Assembly (NCBI GenBank): GCA_049644605.1
Contig: JBARSF010000071.1
Location: 38,943 to 102,942 of the forward strand
Length of the DNA: 64,000 bases
Source: Anaerolineales bacterium
GTDB taxonomy: Bacteria > Chloroflexota > Anaerolineae > Anaerolineales > UBA11858
Direction: 5' to 3'
In this document: one piece after another, positions 9,502 to 18,377 of the stretch
How positions within the stretch are numbered: the stretch's first letter is position 1
Layout: each line of letters opens with the position of its first letter
Program-made: the position numbers and the translations under genes
Notes under the pieces: model-generated
Told to the model about the DNA's origin: nothing
The model's input: only the letters and a program-made list of their open reading frames with translations
Databases searched by the model: none

Positions 9502-10350
9502 TCACTTACCATACATAAAAGCAATTGCCAATGTGCCTGGACCCACATGCGTCCCAATCACCGGACTCAATTCATTTAGAAATGTTTCATCAGGAGACAA
9601 AATATTCTTCGCTTCATCCAACAAGGATTGAGCTTCTTCTGGAACATTGGAATTGAAAACAGACAAGCGCAGCGGATGTTCATCATCTGCCCTTTCTTGC
9701 CCAAGGGAGATCAGACGCTCCAGGGCTCGTTTTTGAGGGCGGACTTGATCAACAGGTTCGATCAAGCCATATTTCATTTCCAGGATCGGTTTAATGTTGA
9801 GCATTGAACCGAGTAAACGTTTTGCTCCTCCGATCCGACCACCCTTATGGAGGAATTCCAGGGTATCTACCGCAAATACCACTCCAGTGTGTTTTTGGGC
9901 TTTTTCTGCAATTTCTGTAACCTCTTTTAGAGGGGCTCCCTGGGCGGCTTTTCGGGCGGCTGCTAAAACGTGTAAGCCCGTTGCCATTGCTCCAGTTTTT
10001 GAATCAATAACAGCTATCCTGTCTGATGAAATTTCCTGTTGAGCCTGTAATGCTGAATTGACAGTACCAGATATCCCCGAAAAAATTAAAATAGCAGCTA
10101 CATCTTTCCCTTAACCCAGGAGTTTATTAAAACAGTCCTTAAACGCTGCGGCGGATGGCAGGGAGGTGCTGGGCAATGGGTCACTTGTTGCTAATCGGGC
10201 ATAAAACTCTATCGGAGTAATATCCACTCCTTCCGCATAGGATTCTCCATCCCAGATGACGGTTAAAGGGATTATCTCGATATTTAGTTCTTTTAGAATT
10301 GATGGTGATAAATAGGTAGAGCTATCAGTTATAACAACAACTTGACTCAT
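9502..10350 (-). pseudogene. Second DegV paralog interrupted by a single in-frame TAA
   Basis: ORFs 10111..10371 and 9502..9987 are in the same frame (span divisible by 3). The 41 codons between them (GKDVAAILIFSGISGTVNSALQAQQEISSDRIAVIDSKTGA) align with the intact paralog. The only lesion is TAA at 10111-10113. Confidence 0.7.
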
Positions 10351-10406
10351 ATGATTAACCTTCCACTTCATTGATTTATTTATAACTTCCTCAATAGATG
10401 GTTACA

Positions 10407-10435
10407 TTAAAACGGAGCGGGGAACCCGCTCCGTT
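10407..10435 (-). terminator. Intrinsic terminator downstream of tRNA-Arg
   Basis: On the minus strand AACGGAGCGGG / CCCGCTCCGTT form the stem, followed by TTTTAA. Confidence 0.75.
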
Positions 10436-10440
10436 CTCAG

Positions 10441-10513
10441 CACCCTCGGCGTGATTCGAACACGCGACCCCTTACTCCGCAAGCAAGTGCTCTATCCACT
10501 GAGCTACGAGGGC
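10441..10513 (-). tRNA. tRNA-Arg, anticodon GCG
   Basis: I folded the cloverleaf by hand. Acceptor GCCCTCG/CGAGGGT (G1-U72). D arm GCTC-AGTGGATA-GAGC with A20. Anticodon stem CTTGC/GTAAG with loop TTGCGGA. T arm GCGTG-TTCGAAT-CACGC. Discriminator G. CCA is not encoded. Confidence 0.9.
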
Positions 10514-10817
10514 AAAAATACCTAAAATCGATTTTACAACAAGGGATAATAAATGGCAATAGCCAGTGTTTTTCTCCATTTTATAACTGAATTATTGATT
10601 CCCTGGGACTAGAAATAAAACAATTTGCAGTCCATTTATAAGTACAAATCTTTGCCCAGTTTTGATGGGGGAGAGAGGCTTACTCTGTAAAGTTGGCATA
10701 TGTGATGAAGATCATACCTTTTCTGTGAGCTTGTTCTTTTACGCCGTTGAGAGGTTCTGCTATGATAGGCAGAGAGACGGGCGATAATAAGACTTATCAC
10801 TGTTTCCTCCTTTGGTA

Positions 10818-10867
10818 AAAGCTTCCTCAACCAGTTTTAACTGATTGAGGAAGCTTTTTGATTTTTT
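10818..10867 (+). terminator. Strong orphan terminator hairpin inside a ~600 nt non-coding region
   Basis: AAAGCTTCCTCAA (10818-10830) pairs with TTGAGGAAGCTTT (10845-10857), with an inner CAGTT/AACTG extension. It is followed by TTGATTTTTT. No convincing upstream CDS on either strand. Confidence 0.6.
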
Positions 10868-11122
10868 AGGGGTGATAAATTAATTTGCCAGCCATTATCT
10901 CTCTTAATTTCTGTCTCCAGGGAGATTTTCTTATTTTAAATATAATATTTTTATATAATCAATAGGGTATTATTCAACCACCGGCTATAATAATTAGTAA
11001 GTAATTTTGCCTGAAGCGAATCTTAACTGCAGATTTGGTTTAACCAATCTAGGTAATATCTTCTGGGAGATTTTCCTGCGTACATAAGGTTGAGGCAGCT
11101 CCAGATTTGAAGGGAATACATT

Positions 11123-12250
11123 ATGAAAAAACAATATTTATTACTATTTGTCGTGACCTTATTGGTTCTCAGCGTACTTGCCTGTTCACTGAATCCACAA
11201 GCCTGGATCCCGGAAGCGTTGGAGCCGATCAATGATGAGGTGGTGACAACCATTAGTAGAGTGGTGATTGACGGTGGTGATCTCCCGTCCCTTTACCGGG
11301 AAATCAACCCGGGCGTGGTTGCTATTCGCGCGTTAACGAAAGAAGGGGGAGGATTAGGAACTGGTTTTGTTTGGGATGAAGAAGGGCATGTTGTCACAAA
11401 TTACCATGTGGTTCAATCAGCAACAGACCTTGAAGTAGATTTTCCCTCAGGATATAAAACGCGAGCTCAGGTAATTGGGTTGGATCCCGATTCTGATCTT
11501 GCTGTCCTTGAACTTGATAAACTACCGGCTGAACTTAAAGTTTTGCCCCTGGGTAATAATCAAGATCTATCTGTAGGACAAACAGTAATTGCCATCGGCA
11601 ACCCCCAGGGCTTAAATGGGACAATGACCCAGGGAATCATCTCTGCCCTGGGACGAACTATGGAATCGATGCATTTTGCGCCAGGTGGGGGAGCATTTGC
11701 GACCGGGAATATCATTCAAACAGATGCGGCCATCAACCCTGGCAATTCCGGCGGTCCATTAATTAACCTGAGCGGAGAAGTAGTTGGTATTAATTCAGCC
11801 ATCAGTACTTCAAGTATTGATCTCTCTGGACAGCCGGTGAATTCTGGACTGGGTTTTGCGATATCTATTGATACAGCAAAAAATGTTGTCCCGGATTTAA
11901 TAACATATGGAAGCCATGACTCGCCCTATGTCGGTATTCAAGTATTAAGTGAAGTCAGCCTTTTTGTACAGGAAGAACTGGATCTGCCTCAATCCACTGG
12001 TGTATACGTACTCGAGGTCACTCCGGACAGTCCTGCAGATAAAGCTGGCCTTGTGGGAGCGGAAATCGGAGAGGTTGTTCCGACAGGGGGTGATTTGATC
12101 ATTGGCATAGATGATCAGCGCGTTGATAATTTTGAAGATTTTATGGGGTATTTGTTAACCTATAAAAAGCCCGGAGATCAGGTAACCATCTTGTTAATCA
12201 GGGATAATAAACAGCTTGAGTTTGAATTGACGCTGGAAAAGCGGCCGTAG
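11123..12250 (+). CDS. HtrA/DegP-family serine protease with PDZ domain
   Basis: Signal/lipoprotein-like N-terminus (LSVLAC). Trypsin-like catalytic motifs (TNYHVV, DSDLAVL, GNSGGPL). C-terminal PDZ-like region. Confidence 0.9.
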   Translation: MKKQYLLLFVVTLLVLSVLACSLNPQAWIPEALEPINDEVVTTISRVVIDGGDLPSLYREINPGVVAIRALTKEGGGLGTGFVWDEEGHVVTNYHVVQSATDLEVDFPSGYKTRAQVIGLDPDSDLAVLELDKLPAELKVLPLGNNQDLSVGQTVIAIGNPQGLNGTMTQGIISALGRTMESMHFAPGGGAFATGNIIQTDAAINPGNSGGPLINLSGEVVGINSAISTSSIDLSGQPVNSGLGFAISIDTAKNVVPDLITYGSHDSPYVGIQVLSEVSLFVQEELDLPQSTGVYVLEVTPDSPADKAGLVGAEIGEVVPTGGDLIIGIDDQRVDNFEDFMGYLLTYKKPGDQVTILLIRDNKQLEFELTLEKRP

Positions 12251-12287
12251 AGTTAAGCAAGCTAATAAAATATATTCTTTGATATAG

Positions 12288-14720
12288 TTATTGGGATCGG
12301 GTATACAAACGTCGGTATATCGCAAAGATCTCTGATATATTTTGCAGGTAGGTTTGGGTTTCCGAGAAGCGGATAATTTCCAAAAAGAGATCTGGATCAC
12401 CCTGGGCTTGTGCCAGCCAGGCGGCAGAATTTCCCGGTCCCGCGTTGTAGGCCGCTAATGCGGCATAAATATCCCCCTCAAAATATGAGCGCAGGAAGCT
12501 TAAATAGGCTGTCCCTAACTTTACACTCACCTGTGGACGATAGAGGTCTTCGTCACTATAGTCAGGCGGCCACCCTTCTTTTTCTGCCCGTTCTGCGCCT
12601 GTGGGAGGCATGATTTGCATTAATCCTCTCGCTCCCGCAGTTGACCGGACAAATCCTTCAAAGAGGGATTCCTGCCGGATAACACTGAAGAGAAACAGAG
12701 GATGAAATCCATATTCCTGGCCTGCAGGAATGACCAGATCGCTGTAATAAGTACCGAAACGGATGTGATTAAAATAAGTCGGCGCATTCACGGTTGCAGC
12801 ATCATCCAATCCCGCTGCGTTTAACACTTGTCGGGCGGCAAAAATCGCCGGTCGGTAAAGACCCAGATCAGCAAAGTATGTGGCTAAGCGGTAGCTGCTG
12901 ACAGGATCAAAACTGACCTCATTCCTGAGCTCTTCAAATTCTGCCCGGGCCTCATTTAATAAGCCCAATTCCCAGAGCTCTGTCCCGCGAATGATCCGGG
13001 GATCAGTTCCTAACAGACCCAGGCTGTCTAAATTGGTTTCTAGCGGTATGGAAAAGGTTTCCCGGATCCAATTCTGGGCTTGTTCCTTTTCTGCCAGGAC
13101 ATCATAGCCGATATCATAATCTTGTGGTGGGGTAAACGGCTGCCTGTTCTGGAGCATATCTCGCGCCCGTTCGCTGTAATACCCGGTGGGATCCGCATTG
13201 GCAGCTTCACTCCAAGCAGCCATTGACGCGTCAGAATTTCCTTGAAAATCATATATTTTTCCGATCCAGAACAGAGCCTGGGAGAGTTCTTCAAAGGAAT
13301 GGGATGCATCCCTTAACAGTGAAAAGTTTTCCAAAGCTTGTTGCAAAGCGCCCAACCTAACCCTGGAAATTCCACTTTTAAATAGAGACTGGTTGGCATA
13401 AATTGAAGTTGGGTATTCATTAAATACCCGTTTCCAAATCACTGCTGCACTATCAAGATCTCCAGTCAACTCCTCGATTCTGGCAGCATCAAATAAGAAT
13501 TCCGCGGCCCGGGGATGGTAAGGATTGCTGCCAACAAAGTCCAGCAATACCTGGCTGGCTTCATTATAACGATAGAGGTAATACCAGAGAGAATATGCCT
13601 TAAATTCCCAGGCTTGATCCCAATAGGAGTGGTCCGGGTATTGGTTTATTAATTCATCCCAGGCAATCAGTGCTTCTTCATGCCTTTCCATCGCCCGCAG
13701 GGAAAATCCCTTATAATACAAAGCAGTTCCCCGATCCGCAGGCTCTGGTTCGATTAAATAGCGGTCAAAGGCTTCTACAGCATAACTGTATTGTCCTGCG
13801 AAATAATCCACAAGTCCCCGGTCCAAATCATTAATCTCAAAACCACCGTTAACCAGTTCCACCAAGCCTAAATAGGAATCGTAACTCAGAGGGTATTGAA
13901 TCACTGCGTCTCGAAACGCGGATTCAGCCAGCTCCAGCTCCTCAAGTTCAAGATAAGAAAGACCGAGTAAATAATCTGCCCTCGCTTTATCGTAATCATT
14001 TGTTGATTGATTATATACATCCTGGTAGATGACGATTGCGGTTGCATGATCTTCAAGGGCAGCATATTCCTGACCAATTTTCAGCTGCAGAGAAAAAAGC
14101 GCATCTCCGCTTCCTGCAGCAATCGCTGCCTGGTACGCTTCTATTGCCTGGTTGGACTGTCCGGCTGTAGAGAGTGCATCTCCCCTTCTTTGCTGTACAA
14201 AGGCATCCAGGATTCCCGGGCGGCGAGCCAGGTAGGCATTATAAGTATCCGCAGCTTCCTGGTGTCGGTCTAGAGCGGTGTAGGTTTCTGCTAAAGCAAA
14301 ATAGGCTTTGTGTACCAGAGCGGAATCCGGGTAAGTGGAGACCAATTGCCGCAAATAATCCAGCCCTTTTTGGTAATCCTGTTTTTGGAGGTAGACTTTT
14401 CCTAATCCCAGTTGTGCTGCGGAAATCTCCTCCGGGGAAGAAGCGCTGTCCAGGGTAGCTAAATAACTGGTGATTGCTGCTTCCCAGTCCCCGTAAAAGT
14501 AAAAAATGTCACCCGGAATTGTGCTTTGAAGGGGAGGAAGTATCGGCGTTGTTGTAGGAACTGGTGTCAGGTCAGGCAGGATTGCAGGATCTCCCGAGCT
14601 TTCAGCAACGTCCTCGGTGACCTGATCGGGTTTCCTGTTCGATAACAAATATTTTCCCCCAATAAATACCGTTCCGATAAAGATGACCAGGAGAATAACC
14701 TGGTAAAAGTTTTTTTTCAT
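12288..14720 (-). CDS. TPR-repeat protein with C-terminal SLT lytic transglycosylase domain
   Basis: N-terminal TM helix and a long array of TPR-like repeats. C-terminal IRQESLFE...GLMQIMP...AYNAGPGN motifs of the SLT family. Confidence 0.85.
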   Translation of the reverse strand: MKKNFYQVILLVIFIGTVFIGGKYLLSNRKPDQVTEDVAESSGDPAILPDLTPVPTTTPILPPLQSTIPGDIFYFYGDWEAAITSYLATLDSASSPEEISAAQLGLGKVYLQKQDYQKGLDYLRQLVSTYPDSALVHKAYFALAETYTALDRHQEAADTYNAYLARRPGILDAFVQQRRGDALSTAGQSNQAIEAYQAAIAAGSGDALFSLQLKIGQEYAALEDHATAIVIYQDVYNQSTNDYDKARADYLLGLSYLELEELELAESAFRDAVIQYPLSYDSYLGLVELVNGGFEINDLDRGLVDYFAGQYSYAVEAFDRYLIEPEPADRGTALYYKGFSLRAMERHEEALIAWDELINQYPDHSYWDQAWEFKAYSLWYYLYRYNEASQVLLDFVGSNPYHPRAAEFLFDAARIEELTGDLDSAAVIWKRVFNEYPTSIYANQSLFKSGISRVRLGALQQALENFSLLRDASHSFEELSQALFWIGKIYDFQGNSDASMAAWSEAANADPTGYYSERARDMLQNRQPFTPPQDYDIGYDVLAEKEQAQNWIRETFSIPLETNLDSLGLLGTDPRIIRGTELWELGLLNEARAEFEELRNEVSFDPVSSYRLATYFADLGLYRPAIFAARQVLNAAGLDDAATVNAPTYFNHIRFGTYYSDLVIPAGQEYGFHPLFLFSVIRQESLFEGFVRSTAGARGLMQIMPPTGAERAEKEGWPPDYSDEDLYRPQVSVKLGTAYLSFLRSYFEGDIYAALAAYNAGPGNSAAWLAQAQGDPDLFLEIIRFSETQTYLQNISEIFAIYRRLYTRSQ

Positions 14721-14777
14721 ATGCAGGGTATTAGGTGATGATCCGGACCCTTCCAGGATTATGGGTTGTCGTTAGAT

Positions 14778-15698
14778 TTAAATCGTCCATTGTCCATGGA
14801 TAATGGCCACAGGATACCAGGTTTGATTGTCCTTTACAAATACCAGGGTTAAGCTACTCCAATCCATACCAAGATACTGCGGATCAAAGCCGGAGAAATA
14901 ATATTCAATAAATAATCCGTCAGGATAAACCTCGTTGATGTTATTAATCGCATTGCCTGTACTTACCTTCACATTAAACCCAACCATCTCGGGTCGAAAG
15001 TAATGCACATCATAAATATAATATTTATGATATTCCCCGAATTTTAATTTGATCGGATCACCCGTCCCGTCATATTTGCCCCAGGTGTAATACTCATCTG
15101 AAAACTTGATTTCCCGCAGCTCTGCGGGACATGTGACCAAATTATCTTCAGCAAGATAGGAGTAGGGAGAGAATCTCAAGCAGTGATCGGGATGAACCAG
15201 ATTCGCAAGCTGATTGTAGTCGTATCTTCTTAAGACATCCAGGACCTGCCACCCAAAGGAGACTAATTCTTCTGGGACCTCACCTTTCTGGATTGCCAGG
15301 TATTTTGAATCAACCCATCCCTGAGTATTACCATATTCTGCCAAAATCCAGGTAGTATTTCCCTGCTCGATGGGTTCTCCAGAACTGTTGATATTTGTTA
15401 TGGCAGAGGGGATTTCACCCAGTATCACCGCCTCTGATTTTGGTTCACTGTAAATATAAATGAATTCTCCCGGATTTAAGCCAACGGTGGTGTATTTATC
15501 CGGGGGATTTAATGCCGGGTCGTCTGAAGGGAAGTAATCAGGTATCAGCCCTCTGGAGGGAGATTCATCTTCGATAGAATCCAATTTGTCGCCAAATCTG
15601 CCGGGCAGGCAGCCAGCCAGGGCCAACACAAAGACAATAAGTCCTGTGATCAGGATTGGTCGGCGGAAGAAACTAAAGGCACTATTAATGATCTTCAT
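14778..15698 (-). CDS. Hypothetical lipoprotein
   Basis: Lipobox LALAGC. No family recognised. ATG at 15698 preferred over TTG at 15716. Confidence 0.55.
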   Translation of the reverse strand: MKIINSAFSFFRRPILITGLIVFVLALAGCLPGRFGDKLDSIEDESPSRGLIPDYFPSDDPALNPPDKYTTVGLNPGEFIYIYSEPKSEAVILGEIPSAITNINSSGEPIEQGNTTWILAEYGNTQGWVDSKYLAIQKGEVPEELVSFGWQVLDVLRRYDYNQLANLVHPDHCLRFSPYSYLAEDNLVTCPAELREIKFSDEYYTWGKYDGTGDPIKLKFGEYHKYYIYDVHYFRPEMVGFNVKVSTGNAINNINEVYPDGLFIEYYFSGFDPQYLGMDWSSLTLVFVKDNQTWYPVAIIHGQWTI

Positions 15699-16351
15699 TT
15701 TTGAAAAAAAGCGCAAATCTTGTTTAATGGGCAGTCCTGGCAGGCTGGTTTCCTGGCTTTACATATTTCGCGCCCGAGCCGGATCAAATTAAGATGGGCA
15801 GCATAATAGGAGTCTGGTGAAAATTGATCAGCGAGATATGAATGCGCTTTAGCGGCGTTTATTTTTTCAGGTCGGAGTCCAATTCGACCCGTAATTCGGT
15901 AAATATGAGTATCGACTGGAAAAGCAGGCATATCCAGTGAGAATAAAAGGACAATGGCTGCGGTTTTTGGTCCGACTCCTTTTAAATTGGTCAGCCATAA
16001 AGAAGCTTCCTGACTGGTCTTTGACCGCAAGAAATCCAACTCGATCTCTCCCCGCTCTTCAGTAATGGATCTTAACGCATTTTGAATTGCGGGAGCCTTT
16101 TGATTTGCCAGTCCTGCTATCTTAATCGCCTCTTTAAGCAAATGTTCCGGAGCATCACGAACCTCTTCCCAGGATGGGAAGCTCTCCAGAAGTTTATCAT
16201 ATGCCAGATCCCGGTTGGTATCATTCGTATTCTGGGAAAGGATGGTGGAAACGAGTTCACCAACAGGAAAGAGATGTGGTCGCCAGGTTGGAAGGCCATA
16301 TTCCTTTACCAATAATTGATTTGTTTTGGCCGCAAGTTGTTTTCCAGTCAT
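15695..16351 (-). CDS. nth: Endonuclease III (HhH-GPD base-excision glycosylase)
   Basis: HhH-GPD motif (LKGVGPKTAAIVLLF...PVDTH) and a C-terminal 4-Cys cluster CKARKPACQDCPLNKIC. Confidence 0.9.
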   Translation of the reverse strand: MTGKQLAAKTNQLLVKEYGLPTWRPHLFPVGELVSTILSQNTNDTNRDLAYDKLLESFPSWEEVRDAPEHLLKEAIKIAGLANQKAPAIQNALRSITEERGEIELDFLRSKTSQEASLWLTNLKGVGPKTAAIVLLFSLDMPAFPVDTHIYRITGRIGLRPEKINAAKAHSYLADQFSPDSYYAAHLNLIRLGREICKARKPACQDCPLNKICAFFQK

Positions 16352-16354
16352 AGA

Positions 16355-17422
16355 TTAATTATATTGTAATTGAAAACAGGGTTTACCAACTCCGGTTACG
16401 ATACCACATTGATTTTGGTAAGTAAGAGTAGGTCCTAAATCTACCAGATCTTTCATATGATCGGCGGTCAGGATCCCCAGCTGCCGCAAGACTTCAATCA
16501 TGACTGCTCTTCTGGCTCGTTTCCCCTGATCCCCATCTGAAATTTTCAGGGCTATACCCAATGCTGGTGATCCGGGACGGATCGAATTCTCAGGAATGCC
16601 GGCGGCCTGGAAAGCTTCTGCTCCGGCTTTTGAGATTAACGTACCATCCGTGCACTCCATCAGGCGGGTATCCAGCCGGCCGGGACCAGCTACCAGATAT
16701 GGGTGATTTAGCATGGCAGAACTGATTAACCTGCAGGCAGATTCCCTCTCTGGGGATAGTTTCGACGGGTCTGTAAGACGCGCCCAACCCCAGGCTGAAT
16801 GATAGAGGGGCATGGCAAAGGTAGGAACAGAACAACCATCTCTGCTGAGCTGGATTTTGGATGTTTTGAGGCAGCACATTTCCCTGATAACGGTTAGGAT
16901 TTGCTGCTGAACAGGATGATCAGTTTCTGTATAGTTACTTAAATCAGTGCTGAGTAATTTTGACTGCGCCAACATTCCAGTATGTTTCCCTGAGCAATTA
17001 TGGTGATTTTGGGAAGGGTGTTCTCCACGGTCTTTTAAAAGTTCACGGGTACTCTGATGGAATGGTTGGTGAGTGCAGCATAACAAATCATTTTCAGAGA
17101 TGCCGATTTTCCGCTGCAGTTTGGTAATCGTTTTAAGATGTCGATCTGTTCCAGAATGAGACGCGCAGGTGATGGCTAATTCCTCCTCAGTGATTTGAAA
17201 AGCATCTAACCCTCCCATCTCTACCAGGGGCAGGCTTTGGAAAGGTTTTGCGGAAGATCGGAGGAAACTCACCGCGTCTGGATTTCCTGACCAGGCAAAG
17301 AGTTTGCCGGAGCCATCAACGATGGCGATTGCCCCGTAATGGATGGATTCAACTACCTTGTCCCGGACGACATGGAAAAGTGGAGTATACCCTGGATCTT
17401 GATTCAAAAGGGGGTCAATCAT
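16355..17422 (-). CDS. Asparaginase II family protein
   Basis: SSAKPFQ and NCSGKHTGML motifs characteristic of the asparaginase II family. 355 aa. Confidence 0.75.
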   Translation of the reverse strand: MIDPLLNQDPGYTPLFHVVRDKVVESIHYGAIAIVDGSGKLFAWSGNPDAVSFLRSSAKPFQSLPLVEMGGLDAFQITEEELAITCASHSGTDRHLKTITKLQRKIGISENDLLCCTHQPFHQSTRELLKDRGEHPSQNHHNCSGKHTGMLAQSKLLSTDLSNYTETDHPVQQQILTVIREMCCLKTSKIQLSRDGCSVPTFAMPLYHSAWGWARLTDPSKLSPERESACRLISSAMLNHPYLVAGPGRLDTRLMECTDGTLISKAGAEAFQAAGIPENSIRPGSPALGIALKISDGDQGKRARRAVMIEVLRQLGILTADHMKDLVDLGPTLTYQNQCGIVTGVGKPCFQLQYN

Positions 17423-17454
17423 GAGAATACCCTGGACAGGAAACTACCCCAAAT

Positions 17455-18324
17455 TTAAAGGGCTTTTTTCCCGTTCTCATCAGTTTGGGGAAAATAATTC
17501 CGGATGTAGTATCGGGATAATCCATACTGCAGACGCTGGAGGAAAAAATCCCGGTCCCTTTTTAGAAAAGAATAGTCATCCAGGAATTTTCCAGCTAAAT
17601 CACTTACTTCCTCAACTGGCGCCCGCCGGCTGGCTAATTTTTCAACCCGTCGATGAATTTTCCGGAATGATTTCTTTAAATCCTTGATATCGTCCAGATT
17701 TACCGGTCCACTGCGGCCGCTGATGATTATATATTCCCTGTATTTGGTCCTTAATAAGATATCCAGAGTATCGATCCAGGTGGGCAAGTGGGCATTCCCA
17801 AGAAAGGGAGGGCCTTTGGTAATAACAGCATCACCGATAAAGACGACTTTTTCTGAAGGGATGAGTACCCAACTTGATCCCGGTCTTGGACCTGGGTGGT
17901 GTTCGAGGAGTACCGGTTCATCTGCCCAGTGGAATTGCATTCTCTCTGAAAAGGTTATATCCGGTATAACCCATTGAGCTCCGGTAGTATCTGGATATTT
18001 TTCCCAAAATACTCCGCTCTCTGGAATCTGGCCGCGGAAAACTGCAGGTTGATCATGTATAGTATTGGCAGCATTCTTGTGAGTCACGATAGGGGTATCT
18101 AAATTATTAGCACCAACCGTTCTGTCCGGGTGATCATCAAGGCAAATCAATATTTTATGAATGGTGCCCGGGCTCCGGTTCATTAGATTGGATTTCCAGC
18201 GATGGCCGTCCTCCGGGCGTAAAGGTGCATCAATGAATATCATTCCCCGGGGAAGTACAATTGCGCCAATAGTTGGACCTGGATAACTATCCTCGTAATA
18301 AATCCCGGGCTTGATTTCGTGCAT
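17455..18324 (-). CDS. MBL-fold metallo-hydrolase-like protein
   Basis: Beta-lactamase-fold-like layout (IFIDAP...ICLDDHPDR...IGDAV). The metal motif is degenerate, so function is unclear. Confidence 0.55.
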   Translation of the reverse strand: MHEIKPGIYYEDSYPGPTIGAIVLPRGMIFIDAPLRPEDGHRWKSNLMNRSPGTIHKILICLDDHPDRTVGANNLDTPIVTHKNAANTIHDQPAVFRGQIPESGVFWEKYPDTTGAQWVIPDITFSERMQFHWADEPVLLEHHPGPRPGSSWVLIPSEKVVFIGDAVITKGPPFLGNAHLPTWIDTLDILLRTKYREYIIISGRSGPVNLDDIKDLKKSFRKIHRRVEKLASRRAPVEEVSDLAGKFLDDYSFLKRDRDFFLQRLQYGLSRYYIRNYFPQTDENGKKAL

Positions 18325-18377
18325 GCGTACTCCTTAAATGTTTGGAATTGAAGATTCCATATGATAAACAACCACGA

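Noticed and set aside
10111-10113. Programmed recoding or read-through of the in-frame TAA in the DegV paralog.
   Set aside because: TAA is not a known recoding codon (selenocysteine uses TGA, pyrrolysine uses TAG). No SECIS- or PYLIS-like context is evident, and other genes in the window terminate at TAA.
10636-11253. Small ORFs 10636..10830 (64 aa) and 11023..11253 (76 aa) on the minus strand.
   Set aside because: Their arginine/serine-rich or low-complexity composition is typical of random frames in AT-rich DNA. They lack an RBS, and the second overlaps the start of the well-supported protease gene on the opposite strand.
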